The position numbers and the translations under genes were made by a program. Under the pieces are notes generated by a model. The model was not told the origin of the DNA. It saw nothing but the letters and a program-made list of their open reading frames with translations, and made no database searches. From NCBI GenBank assembly GCA_038245785.1, contig JBBRSB010000011.1:32001-96000 (forward strand): a DNA stretch of 64,000 bases, read 5' to 3'. The stretch comes from Gloeobacterales cyanobacterium (lineage in GTDB: Bacteria > Cyanobacteriota > Cyanobacteriia > Gloeobacterales > PMM-0068). Below are positions 39,383 to 48,986 of this stretch, piece after piece (the stretch's first letter is position 1; each line of letters begins with the position of its first letter).

Positions 39383-40033
39383 ATGACATCCCTTGAAACC
39401 ATCGCTACTCAGCTAGAAGATTCAGACTTTGGTCAACGCATTCAGGCGCTGATCCAATTGCGCTCGGTGGTTGCTGCTGATGCCGTTCCCTTGTTAGCAA
39501 AAGCGCTGAAAGATCCGAATACGCGGGTACGCTATTCTGCCGTCAGTCTTCTAGGCCAAAAACATACCCCAGAAACCTTGGCCCTACTGCAAGAAACCCT
39601 GGCTACTGACCCAGAACTAGATGTGCGGGCCGCAGCGGCAGCCGCCCTCGGTGATTTAGGTGACCCCTCCGCCCTCGATAACCTCGTAGAAGCCTACCGC
39701 GTAGATCAGGATGAAATGGTGCGCTTTAGTGCCGTCGCGGCCCTTGGAGAATTGGGAGATGAACGAGCGATGGACCTCTTGGCGGATGCAATCCATCAGG
39801 GCGGTTTGATTGAGACCGCAGCCGTAATGGCTCTCGGACAGATTCCTTCAGCACGCACCTATGAACTCCTGGCTCCCTTTGCTACCTCAGAAGATTGGGA
39901 AATGCGTTTTCGGGTGGCCCAAGCCTTGAAGATCTCTTCCGATGAGCGAACAGTAGCCTTGTTAGAACAATTAAAAGCAGACCCTCATCCCCAAGTTGCG
40001 CAGGAGGCAGCCTTCTCCCTAGAGAATCGCTAG
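39383..40033 (+). CDS. HEAT-repeat (PBS lyase-like) protein, NblB-like
   Basis: EZ-HEAT repeats (D.N.RVRYSAV, DVRAAAAAALG, VRFSAVAALGELGD). Confidence 0.8.
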   Translation: MTSLETIATQLEDSDFGQRIQALIQLRSVVAADAVPLLAKALKDPNTRVRYSAVSLLGQKHTPETLALLQETLATDPELDVRAAAAAALGDLGDPSALDNLVEAYRVDQDEMVRFSAVAALGELGDERAMDLLADAIHQGGLIETAAVMALGQIPSARTYELLAPFATSEDWEMRFRVAQALKISSDERTVALLEQLKADPHPQVAQEAAFSLENR

Positions 40034-40057
40034 ATTCCAGAAAGTTCTTGGGTCAGG

Positions 40058-40702
40058 TCAAGTGTCAAAACCTTGGATAGCGCCTATGAGGCTGCCCACA
40101 AATTTTTCAGGGTCATATTGGGTTTGCAGCTTTTCCATTTTTTTACTAGAGGAATGGCCGATGAGAACAGTAGGAAAAGAGTTGATACCAAAGGAGGCAC
40201 TTCGTTTGAATTCAGCTTCTATGTCTTTGATTTGAGCTGGAGCGCTAACTAACTGCAGATCTAAATCAATTTGGTTTTTCTTGGCAAGCTCTAGATAAAG
40301 ATTTTGGTCATTCAGGTCTCTCCCCTCTTGAAAATGCGCTTCGATGACGTCATGGGCAAAATCTAGGGTTTTAATCGGTTCTCTGTCGCGAACCGCCTTG
40401 ATCGCAATGGAAGGCTCTATCGAACTGGCAAGGATTTTTTTATTGCAGAGGATGTTGGCATGAAACTTCTCAGAAGGTTTACGACCCGTGACCATAAACA
40501 ACCTTTGAGAAGCGCTTTCAATATAGGCCCTCATCTCTGCATAGGGCCCAATACGTGTGCCAGCGACCATCCCCCCAAGCGCCAATTCAATATCCAAGTT
40601 TGGCAATGTTTTGCGCAGTAATCTCATAGCTGGGACAAATCCATAGCACCATCCGCACAGAGGATCAAAACCGTAAATAATTTTTGCGTCTACCATGAGC
40701 AT
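40058..40702 (-). CDS. DsbA-family thioredoxin-fold protein
   Basis: YGFDPLCGWCYGF active site; GINSFPT cis-Pro motif. Confidence 0.88.
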   Translation of the reverse strand: MLMVDAKIIYGFDPLCGWCYGFVPAMRLLRKTLPNLDIELALGGMVAGTRIGPYAEMRAYIESASQRLFMVTGRKPSEKFHANILCNKKILASSIEPSIAIKAVRDREPIKTLDFAHDVIEAHFQEGRDLNDQNLYLELAKKNQIDLDLQLVSAPAQIKDIEAEFKRSASFGINSFPTVLIGHSSSKKMEKLQTQYDPEKFVGSLIGAIQGFDT

Positions 40703-40799
40703 TAAGTTGCCTCTCCTATAGCTAGAAATGAGATTTAAAGCTCATCAACAAAAAATAATTGATGAGTGATATCTATCTTATAGCCGTACCACAATCGCT

Positions 40800-41306
40800 C
40801 TAGATTTTCCCAAGATAATCCCTCTTACCCAGCTCTACTCCGCAATGCCTGAGAATGTTGTAAGCAGTAGTGACATGAAAATAGACGTTAGGAAGCACAA
40901 AGTTTAAGAGATAGGGCAATCCCTCGAAAGTCATCGTTTCCTTACCCACGGGAAGGGTAATCGACTTTTCTTCCGAGCCATCGATTTGATCAGCGGTTAA
41001 TGTTTTTAAGTAAGCGATGACGTTCTGGAGACGGGCAATCAATTCAGGAAAAGTAGTTTCGTTATCTTCTAGTTTGGGTGCTTCCAATCCTGCTAGTCTT
41101 GCCGCTCCTCTTCTAGCAATGTCTGAAGCAATTTGGACCTGTCGTCCCAAAGGAAACATATCAGGATACAGGCGGCTGTTGAGCAGTACAACAGGATCGA
41201 CTTTTTTGGCCTCAGCATGGGCCGCACCCTTTTCCAGAATAACTGCCAGGTTATTCAGTGCATGAATGAGCGATGGGACTGAGGCTTGATACATGGAAAT
41301 CGTCAT
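40800..41306 (-). CDS. DUF1993 family protein (DinB/YfiT-like fold)
   Basis: RLYPDMFPL..QVQIASD, LPNVYFHVTTAYNILRH.GVELGKRDYLG. Confidence 0.92.
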   Translation of the reverse strand: MTISMYQASVPSLIHALNNLAVILEKGAAHAEAKKVDPVVLLNSRLYPDMFPLGRQVQIASDIARRGAARLAGLEAPKLEDNETTFPELIARLQNVIAYLKTLTADQIDGSEEKSITLPVGKETMTFEGLPYLLNFVLPNVYFHVTTAYNILRHCGVELGKRDYLGKI

Positions 41307-41427
41307 AGATATTGCTCCTGGAATCTAATGGAACCCTAATCCTTACAGAGCAGGTTGTAGCCCATCATCCCTTCAGGAGTGTCCCCTTTTTCCTTTTTCT
41401 ATGCAAAAAGTCTAATAAAAGCCGGAA

Positions 41428-41775
41428 TCAATTCAGAATATTCTCGTTGCGAAGGTGATTGCTAATGGCACCGCAAAAAGCTTCGTAGGGAGCCATGCCA
41501 GCTACTTCTCCAACTAGTTTGCCACATTTGAAGATAAAAGTAATCGGAATGCTATTGATACCGAGAAGCCCAAGGTTGTGAGCCACTTTAGGGTTCTCAT
41601 CTATATTGAGCTTGATGACTTTTATACGGTCCTTATACTTTTCAGCAAGTTGGTCAACTAAAGGAATAATATCCTGAGATTGGGCACACCAATGTGCATA
41701 GCAATTGATTAAGACTAATCCTTTGTAGCTCAATAATTCATGCCATTCATGTTCTAGCTTGGCTAATGTACTCAT
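41428..41775 (-). CDS. Thioredoxin-like protein with CxxS site
   Basis: LVLINCYAHWCAQSQ, KLNIDENP, INSIPI; GGAGGT RBS before ATG 41775. Confidence 0.82.
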   Translation of the reverse strand: MSTLAKLEHEWHELLSYKGLVLINCYAHWCAQSQDIIPLVDQLAEKYKDRIKVIKLNIDENPKVAHNLGLLGINSIPITFIFKCGKLVGEVAGMAPYEAFCGAISNHLRNENILN

Positions 41776-42415
41776 AATTTTTACCTCCGATTCTTTCAAG
41801 AGGAGAAGTCAGTGCAATTTTTCTTTCGTGATTATTTCCGCAAAAGGTACTGTAGTGGTGGGGCAAGATTAATTGATTGTCACTACGTATAATTTTGCCT
41901 TCCTGTTCTAGAACCCCGAACATGCGGGTCACCGTTACGCGTGATGCAGCAATCGTTTCAGCAATTTCTTGATGGGTCAATCGCAACATAATTAACTTTC
42001 CTGTTTCAACTTCACAGCCAAATTTATGAGCGAGCCAACCCAAGAACTCTAACAAGCGCAAGTACACGGTTTGGTGGCTAATGATATTAAGTAGGTTTTC
42101 TGTCTGTCGTACATGCCGCAGGATTGCATCCAGTTCATGCACACAAAGGTGAAGGGGCAAAGCTATAGCTGTTGTAGGCTCGAGACATTCAACTTCGTAG
42201 GGGTCAGTCTGGGATAGAGGTTTACCCACAACATCTCCTGGACCCCAAAGCCCCAGTGCCCTAGGAATTCCTTCTATACTCCATGTCAACGTTCGAACTA
42301 CGCCCCGTTCAATCTTCCAGAGAAATTTATTATCCAGTGGAAGCCTGTTTTGTCGTTCAAATGTTTTTTTTGTCAAGCTAGAAGCTAGATCAGAACTTAG
42401 ACTGGAACCATTCAT
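41747..42415 (-). CDS. Crp/Fnr-family transcriptional regulator (short cyanobacterial CysR-like type)
   Basis: LWKIERGVVRTLTW..LGLWGPGDVVG, LTHQEIAETIAASRVTVTR HTH. Confidence 0.9.
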   Translation of the reverse strand: MNGSSLSSDLASSLTKKTFERQNRLPLDNKFLWKIERGVVRTLTWSIEGIPRALGLWGPGDVVGKPLSQTDPYEVECLEPTTAIALPLHLCVHELDAILRHVRQTENLLNIISHQTVYLRLLEFLGWLAHKFGCEVETGKLIMLRLTHQEIAETIAASRVTVTRMFGVLEQEGKIIRSDNQLILPHHYSTFCGNNHERKIALTSPLERIGGKNYEYISQART

Positions 42416-42487
42416 ACGCTCAGAACTCCTAACAGATTTCGTCCAAATACATCACTGGATAGGCCAACGACATTTAATTTGGTATTC

Positions 42488-42667
42488 TCAGCTCCTTACA
42501 ATGGCTTGCTGAGTTGGCATTTCCTGACGACATGAACTGCAACGCCAATAAATCCCTGCTGAACGCATGTGCTTTAGCAAAATCGTTGAACAACAGAGGC
42601 AAGTGGGAATACGCTTTGTGGGTTTCTCAACCGTTATGGCAACAGCCTCTGGGCTGATCTTGACCAT
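42488..42667 (-). CDS. Small zinc-ribbon protein (59 aa), missing from the ORF track
   Basis: Manual translation MVKISPEAVAITVEKPTKRIPTCLCCSTILLKHMRSAGIYWRCSSCRQEMPTQQAIVRS*; pattern CxCC-x-LLxH-x-YWxCxxCxQEMP. Confidence 0.8.
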   Translation of the reverse strand: MVKISPEAVAITVEKPTKRIPTCLCCSTILLKHMRSAGIYWRCSSCRQEMPTQQAIVRS

Positions 42668-42864
42668 TATCTTAGGTTCATAAATGAAATATTCCCTTCA
42701 AAATTTAGTGGCAATTGCTCATCCCTTGGTCTAACCAATTTGACAGACGACAGGTTGATTTCGTGGATGAGTTGATTAAGTTGATTGATTATGAACTTAA
42801 GACTTAACAAAGCGGTGGAAATAAGGATTTTTTACTACCTAATTTGATAAAATAGCCTTCAAAT

Positions 42865-45177
42865 TTATTGCCATTCTCTATTCTCAAGTTCCTTCTGGGG
42901 TAACAATAAGGCCGCTTCAATTTCCTGTCGGGTCGCCGCTGTTACTGCACAATTGCTATTCAGGCAATCTAGCAGCAATTGGTTGGCATCGTAGTAGCCT
43001 TGTAGTACGCGCTCTTGCTTGGGACTAAACTGCCAAGGATGGTTAATATTCCGATAATTAATAATCGTTGTATTCAGTCGTTCAAACCAAGTGGAATAGT
43101 GCGTTTGCCACCAGTCCTGAAACCGTCCTCCGTTTTGAGCAGGATTCGGAAGTTCATCGCTGAGCTGCTGAAGAGATTTATGGAATCCATCCTCTTGCAC
43201 AATGTCCAAAATATTATCCAGAACATGGCTACAGGTATGGACATGAGCAAAGTCTTGGTTGTGCTCGATGGCACAATTCAGCAACAGGTCATCTAGCGCC
43301 GCATCGAGCAATATCCCCTGATCGAGCGCGCTGGCGAGGGCAAAGTGAAAAGCCATGTGCGGAGTCTGGGCAAGGGCGAGGTAGAAAGCTCGAGTCGTCG
43401 CAATCTTGGGTGTAGAGGGTATTGTCTGAGATTTTTGGCTAGCCCATGTCAAAAACTCTTGCAGATAAGAATCTTGGGCGACCAAGTTATCAATTTCTTG
43501 TTTCATTAACTGCACCAACTCGTCTGCACTCCGCAGCATGACCGCCGTCAACAAAAAGATTTCGCGCCATTGCGGGTCGGTGATGTGGCTAACCAGTCCT
43601 TCCAATGCTTGCTCTAAGGACTGGAGATTATGGCTAGCAACGATTTTTCGAGCGGTGAAATATTCTTGAAATGCTAGATAAGAGAAGGAGAAAATGCCCC
43701 GCGCCCGTTCTGTGAGTAGACCATGCTGCGCCTCGATCGCTCTCAAGACCGCTTCACTTTCGAGTTGCAGTTGCTCAAGATCGGTCGGGGCATCCGGCAT
43801 TTCCCGAATAGAGTCACCAATGTATTGTTCAATGAGGTGCTGCTCAAAAAAGTATTGGCCCTGCTCAAAGGTCACGGCTGCAATCTGACTCAAGAGCTTG
43901 AGCTTTTGGGGCAACAAAAACCCTCGGTAAACGTCATCTCGCTCAACCCCTCTGGCCTCGTCCCATTTACCCAGCAGCAAATCTAGCCCTTGTTTATAGA
44001 ACTCCGACCGCTTGGTCGGAAATTTTTCCTGTGTGTGGAAGACCCAACAGGCGAGATGTAGAAATAGTGGGGTAATGGCGAGTCGGCGAAATTGCCAGTT
44101 TTCCAATAGGTTCAGCTTGTGAATAAATTGAGCAGACTGCGCCTGTCCATTTTTAGCGTTCGTTTTGGTGAATGCTACAAACCATTTCTGGGCGAAGGCG
44201 ATGATTTGTGCTGAGGTGAATGGGGCAATCTCAACATCAGTAAAGCCCCTCAGCTGAAGCTTTTGAGCCGCTGTGCGACAGGTCGTTACAAATAAGTTCT
44301 TGTGATATTTGTCCGCAAATTTGCGAACTTCTCTCAAGACCGCAATACTCTCTTGGTTCAGCACTTCATCCATGCCGTCGAGCAATAGCAAGACTCTGCC
44401 TGCTTGAAGCAAGGTTTCGATCACAGACAGATCTGAAATTCCAGAAAGGAGAAACTCTTGATGGATGTACTCTAATAAACTGCACTCTGGGTGGCTTCTA
44501 GTCTCTTCCGCAAAATTCTTCAAGGAGATGAAGATAGGCACCCGATTGGCGGCAAACGCACCGTGGTTGCACTGAATGGCAAGGTGTTGTAAAAAGGTGG
44601 TTTTGCCGCTCCCCGGCTTGCCCAGTACCCTAAGTTTGGAATACATCTCAACAGCTTGCATGCCCGATATTTGTGGCTGGGAAATCTCCCCTAGGCCAAC
44701 GCGATCGAAGTCTTCTGCACTCAAGTTTTGGAGATAAGTGAGCTCGAACCACTCTTTGCTGGCTATTTTCTCCAAAACATTGACATCAATGTAGATGTCC
44801 TCAATCCCCACAGGATGGCTGACATCCAAAAGCTGCAAAATGCCGCATTGGTCTTGAATTTTCTCCTGGCGTTGCAAACGAACTTTTTGCACCAAGCTAT
44901 CAATAGCCAAAACGTTCTCGTGGGCAAATTCTCCAGGATCAGAAGACTCTGCAGGCGGATCGATCGCAATCTCCCGCCAATTCAGCTCCAAGACAAAGCA
45001 AATTTCCTGAAAGACATGGCGTTCGACTGGACGACCCGTGAAAAATCTCCAAATGGGTTGGCGCGTTTTTAAGTTGATTTCCCCTGCCAGATTTTCCTGA
45101 GTCCATCCCTTGAGGGCAAATGCTTGTTTCGCCTGCTGAATTCCAGGAAGTGAGGCCTGGAGCGATCTTTTGACCAT
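42865..45177 (-). CDS. NACHT NTPase (STAND) with N-terminal HTH and C-terminal helical domain
   Basis: GWTQENLA HTH, Walker A GKPGSGKTT, Walker B LLLLDGMDE, VTTCR, TPLFL, FSFSYLAFQEYFTA. Confidence 0.93.
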   Translation of the reverse strand: MVKRSLQASLPGIQQAKQAFALKGWTQENLAGEINLKTRQPIWRFFTGRPVERHVFQEICFVLELNWREIAIDPPAESSDPGEFAHENVLAIDSLVQKVRLQRQEKIQDQCGILQLLDVSHPVGIEDIYIDVNVLEKIASKEWFELTYLQNLSAEDFDRVGLGEISQPQISGMQAVEMYSKLRVLGKPGSGKTTFLQHLAIQCNHGAFAANRVPIFISLKNFAEETRSHPECSLLEYIHQEFLLSGISDLSVIETLLQAGRVLLLLDGMDEVLNQESIAVLREVRKFADKYHKNLFVTTCRTAAQKLQLRGFTDVEIAPFTSAQIIAFAQKWFVAFTKTNAKNGQAQSAQFIHKLNLLENWQFRRLAITPLFLHLACWVFHTQEKFPTKRSEFYKQGLDLLLGKWDEARGVERDDVYRGFLLPQKLKLLSQIAAVTFEQGQYFFEQHLIEQYIGDSIREMPDAPTDLEQLQLESEAVLRAIEAQHGLLTERARGIFSFSYLAFQEYFTARKIVASHNLQSLEQALEGLVSHITDPQWREIFLLTAVMLRSADELVQLMKQEIDNLVAQDSYLQEFLTWASQKSQTIPSTPKIATTRAFYLALAQTPHMAFHFALASALDQGILLDAALDDLLLNCAIEHNQDFAHVHTCSHVLDNILDIVQEDGFHKSLQQLSDELPNPAQNGGRFQDWWQTHYSTWFERLNTTIINYRNINHPWQFSPKQERVLQGYYDANQLLLDCLNSNCAVTAATRQEIEAALLLPQKELENREWQ

Positions 45178-45680
45178 GAAAAGGAATTCCTAGTCTTAAA
45201 GACGGGAGGAGGCTGATATCTTAGATCATAAACTTTACAGAAGGGTGAAAACTGCTGCTTAGCTGAACTTATACAAAAGCTTAAGGCCGATTTGAAATGC
45301 AACAATCTCAAGATGTTTGCACGCTGAAAATTGCCGATGAAGCTTGAGGAGCGCATTCCATGAAAGCCTCAGGAGCCTTGAACTTTAAGCATCCACATAT
45401 TGTGAGTGACGCTAAGCAGTGAGTGAAATGATAAAATGTTAAATTTTGTAACGAACTCAAACGCGACAAACTAAATGTATATCTAAATAACCTCCGCTTT
45501 GCAAAAGTATAAGTTTGCTGGCTCTGACTAAGAAGTAAAAACGCGCAGCCGGGATAAAAAAGTTGGGATTGGTCACAAATGTTGCCTTGCTATTTAGTAA
45601 AGCCGCAGATATGGGTATTCTGAGCCAAGAGCGAATCATCCCAACCCTTTTAGAAGATGCGCCCCCAAGAGGAGAAGAAT

Positions 45681-46376
45681 ATGCGTCCCGTAGCTCTGGC
45701 TTGCGCCCTAGCAGCTTTAACATCCTTACTTCCGGTTTATGCTCAGAGCATACCGCTACAGAAGGAAAGCGTAGCCAAAAACGTAAGTATTCCCGATATC
45801 GTCGTTACCAAAGATGCGGTGGATTTCCGTACGATTAATCTTTTTGAGCAAGCCCTGCCTGTGAACCAGCGGAATGTGCAGTACGGGAACGCTTACGACA
45901 TTCAAGGCGGGACCTACGACCAGGCTTGGATTTTGCCCGGACGTAAAAATTCTCTGCTGGCTATGGACTTGGGAGCCAGCAGCCCTTGGAAAAATTTCCG
46001 CTTTAACCTCGGTTCCCTCATGCCCTACAAAGGCTATGAAAAGCCTGTACAACTGGAAGTTTTAGGCGATGGCAAGCGTCTTTTTGCCTCTACTTATAAC
46101 TCTGTAGAGCCTCTTAGCCCTATTGATGTGGATGTTCAAGGAGTACGTTCTCTACAAATTCGGGTCAATGCCGCTTGTCCTCAAGCAGAGCCGGATTTTG
46201 CCGTTAGCCGTGCCCTCAGTCTCTATGTCGTAGAACCTACCCTTTCCAAAGATTCTTCGGCCCAATCCACGCCTTCTCGCATCCGCTCGATTCAGTGCGC
46301 ACCCGCTATCTTCACCGAAGCAGCTCCTCCTGTTAAGCCTCTAGCTCCAGTAAAGCCCGTTAAAGCACTCTGGTAA
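45681..46376 (+). CDS. Secreted protein with NPCBM/NEW2-like beta domain
   Basis: AGGAG RBS, signal peptide; VQLEVLGDGKRLF..IDVDVQGVRSLQIRV. Confidence 0.72.
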   Translation: MRPVALACALAALTSLLPVYAQSIPLQKESVAKNVSIPDIVVTKDAVDFRTINLFEQALPVNQRNVQYGNAYDIQGGTYDQAWILPGRKNSLLAMDLGASSPWKNFRFNLGSLMPYKGYEKPVQLEVLGDGKRLFASTYNSVEPLSPIDVDVQGVRSLQIRVNAACPQAEPDFAVSRALSLYVVEPTLSKDSSAQSTPSRIRSIQCAPAIFTEAAPPVKPLAPVKPVKALW

Positions 46377-46380
46377 CCCC

Positions 46381-46726
46381 ACCCCTCAGTCCCTTTGGGA
46401 CAGCTCCCCCAAAAGGGGAGCCTCTTCTGGGAGAAGAAGGATTGATTGGATTTGAGTACGGACCCCGCCAAGCGATAGGTCACTTCATTGTTGATGAAAC
46501 GGACTACGCGCAGGACCGAACTTTTTAGGGCAAGTGCTACAAAAATTCATACCAGAATTTATTTCGCAGGGAGTACAACTGCTACGCATCATGCGTACTT
46601 TCGGAATGAGCTTATTCATGTAGTGTTCTCATATCTTCTAAGTTCTAATCCTTCACCCGCACCTTTCTCTTCTCAAAAGGTCCAGGCTCCCCTTTGAGGG
46701 GAGCTGTCCCGTAGGGACTGAGGGGT
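46381..46726. mobile_element. 346-bp element bounded by 43-bp inverted REP-like repeats and carrying a decayed DUF559-like endonuclease gene
   Basis: 46381-46423 vs the reverse complement of 46684-46726 match at 39/43; internal minus-strand fragments LIPKVRMMRS..TPCE / KFWYEFL / LRVVRFINNEV. Confidence 0.75.
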
Positions 46727-46735
46727 CCGCACTAC

Positions 46736-47518
46736 TCACGGACGCAATCCGGGCAGTTTCAAGGCTTGTTCCATCGCTAAGGTCTTCTCCACGACTCTAG
46801 GCGGCCATCTGCGCAGTTCTCGAAGCCATTTGCGGTTCCCATAGTTTGGGTCTTGCTTCAGGGCTTTGCGAATTAACACAGCTGCTTCCTTAGGACGCTT
46901 ACTCTCCCATAGCGCCACGGCTTCAGCAGCCTGTAAATCTACAAAAGTTCGTTCTTGTTTCCCCGCTTTGGCATAGATTTCCAAAGCCCGCTTCGGTTGG
47001 TTGGTTTCGATGAAGGCTAGGGCCAGGTTGAGACGGGCAAGGTCATAGCGGGGATTGATAATCAGGGCGCTTTCAAAATCTTGAATCGCCTTTTTCCACT
47101 CGCCTTTACCCCCATAGGCGTTGCCTCGATTATTCAAAGCATCAGCGGCTCTCGGCTCTAGCTGCAGCACCCGATTGTAATCAACAATGGCATCATCCCA
47201 GCGGCCCATGGCTTCCCAAACGGCTCCGCGATAGAGATAGGTGGTTCCTACGCGTGGAGCATAGGCTAAGGATTCGTTGTAGTCTGCCAAAGCTCCTTTC
47301 AAGTCTTCAACAGCGACTTTGGCCGTTGCTCGGTCTCGGTAGGCATCCGCATTTTTCGGGTCCTTAGCGAGGACCTGGTCCCAGAGAGGAATCGAGCGGG
47401 CAAAATCCTGACGGATCATGGCAGACGTAGCTTCACTTTCCAGCGCTGTCCGCCCCGGAGCACAGGCCGTCAGCAGGATCAAGACCCAGGGAAGCAGATT
47501 TTGCCAAGTCACGGTCAT
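46736..47518 (-). CDS. TPR-repeat lipoprotein
   Basis: Lipobox LTAC; TPRs (NNRGNAYGG.GEWKKAIQDF). Confidence 0.88.
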   Translation of the reverse strand: MTVTWQNLLPWVLILLTACAPGRTALESEATSAMIRQDFARSIPLWDQVLAKDPKNADAYRDRATAKVAVEDLKGALADYNESLAYAPRVGTTYLYRGAVWEAMGRWDDAIVDYNRVLQLEPRAADALNNRGNAYGGKGEWKKAIQDFESALIINPRYDLARLNLALAFIETNQPKRALEIYAKAGKQERTFVDLQAAEAVALWESKRPKEAAVLIRKALKQDPNYGNRKWLRELRRWPPRVVEKTLAMEQALKLPGLRP

Positions 47519-48108
47519 AGACTGTAGCGTTCCTCAGTCCAGGGTTCTCCCCGACTGTGGTAGCCATTTTGCTCCCAAAAGCCTAATTGTTCACTAGACA
47601 TGAATTCCAGCCCATTGATCCACTTGGCTGATTTCCAGGCGTAGAGGTGAGGAATCAAGAGGCGCATCGGGCCACCGTGTTCAGCGGGGAGGGCTTCGCC
47701 AGAAAGAACATGAGCAAATATATTCTCTTCTTTGAGGAAATCCTCTAGCGGTACGTTCGTGGTGTAGCCGCCGTAGCAGTGCCCCATCACATGCTTCGTC
47801 TGTTCCTGGTCCCACTCAATCATTTTCAGAAAGTCTAAAACTTTGATTCCGGTCCACTGCACCTCTAGTTTGGACCAGCGGGTCACACAGTGAAAGTCAG
47901 CGGTGAGGCTAACCTGGGGCATATCCATGAAATCTTGCCAGGTAAAGGTTTTTTCCTGGGCCAAACCCCATACCTTGAACTCCCAGGCATCCCTAGCCAC
48001 CGTAGGCACACGCCCATAGGTCATCAGGGGGAACCCATTAGTCAAATATTGCCCTGGAGGAACACGGTCATTCGGTTCTGTTGGTTTTTTGAAAAACTTG
48101 CCTAACAT
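47515..48108 (-). CDS. Sulfite oxidase-like molybdopterin oxidoreductase
   Basis: RVPPGQY, DFHCVTRWS, HGGPMRL..HLYAWKSAKW, GFWEQNGYH. Confidence 0.92.
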   Translation of the reverse strand: MLGKFFKKPTEPNDRVPPGQYLTNGFPLMTYGRVPTVARDAWEFKVWGLAQEKTFTWQDFMDMPQVSLTADFHCVTRWSKLEVQWTGIKVLDFLKMIEWDQEQTKHVMGHCYGGYTTNVPLEDFLKEENIFAHVLSGEALPAEHGGPMRLLIPHLYAWKSAKWINGLEFMSSEQLGFWEQNGYHSRGEPWTEERYSL

Positions 48109-48194
48109 AAGCAGTAATAAGGGAGTTAATGTCTATGGTACAGGCCGCACATCGCTTCAGTGAATTGATCAGAGGGTTGGTGAGCGACTGCTCT

Positions 48195-48800
48195 TCAGAA
48201 CGCAAGTTTCTGAAATAGATCAGCCACAGGAAGTAAGAAACCAGAGACCACATCTTCGCCATCCAGCGAGTCTGTGGATTTGAGTAGGCGGTCGGGTTCC
48301 TTGGCAGAGCGATAGACCAGCACATAATGCTCATTGGGGTGGACGACCCAAATTAGGCGAGCACCGTTCTCAAAATATTCCACAATTTTGGTGTGAATCT
48401 CTTCAGTTGTATTGCCTGGAGAAAGAATTTCCACTACCAAATCGGGTGCCCCCTCCAGAAAACCATCGGGCAGGTCTTCAAGTCCCTGTAAGCGTTCTTT
48501 CGCGACGAAGGAGATATCTGGACCACGTTTGTTGCCCGATTTCATCTTGAAGGAAGTGCTGGAATCAAACATGGCTCCTAGTCTTTGGAGTCGGACATAG
48601 CCACCCAGCAAAATCATCAACGTGCTGCAAACATAGCCATGCTTCGCACCAGAATTTCCCATATCAACTAATGCTCCATTTACCAGTTCATAACGATGCC
48701 CGTCGTCTGGAAGTGCCATGAACTCTGCATCGGTCCAATCTTTCTTCTCTGGCGCACTTTTGACTAGACTTTCAGTTGAAGATTGACTCAGAGTCGACAT
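48195..48800 (-). CDS. Uma2 family (DUF820) PD-(D/E)xK endonuclease-like protein
   Basis: RYELVNG, PDISFV, APDLVVEILSPGN, YFENGARLIWVV. Confidence 0.92.
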   Translation of the reverse strand: MSTLSQSSTESLVKSAPEKKDWTDAEFMALPDDGHRYELVNGALVDMGNSGAKHGYVCSTLMILLGGYVRLQRLGAMFDSSTSFKMKSGNKRGPDISFVAKERLQGLEDLPDGFLEGAPDLVVEILSPGNTTEEIHTKIVEYFENGARLIWVVHPNEHYVLVYRSAKEPDRLLKSTDSLDGEDVVSGFLLPVADLFQKLAF

Positions 48801-48986
48801 GAGTTTCTCCTGGATTTCTACTTCTACAGTGATCTTGACATGGGTTGTAGACTTCACTCAATTGTAGATGATGGCACGTAGGTCTTTGTTTTCATGAGGT
48901 GCCAGGCGTTTGTGGAAGAGAACGTTCAGGAACGCAGACCGAAGGGATAGAGGGGATAATAGGAAAACCATTCTCTGCCGCTAACT

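Noticed and set aside
45180..45650. Intergenic ORFs of 88-95 aa upstream of NACHT
   Set aside because: No motifs, and they overlap real genes; treated as a divergent promoter region
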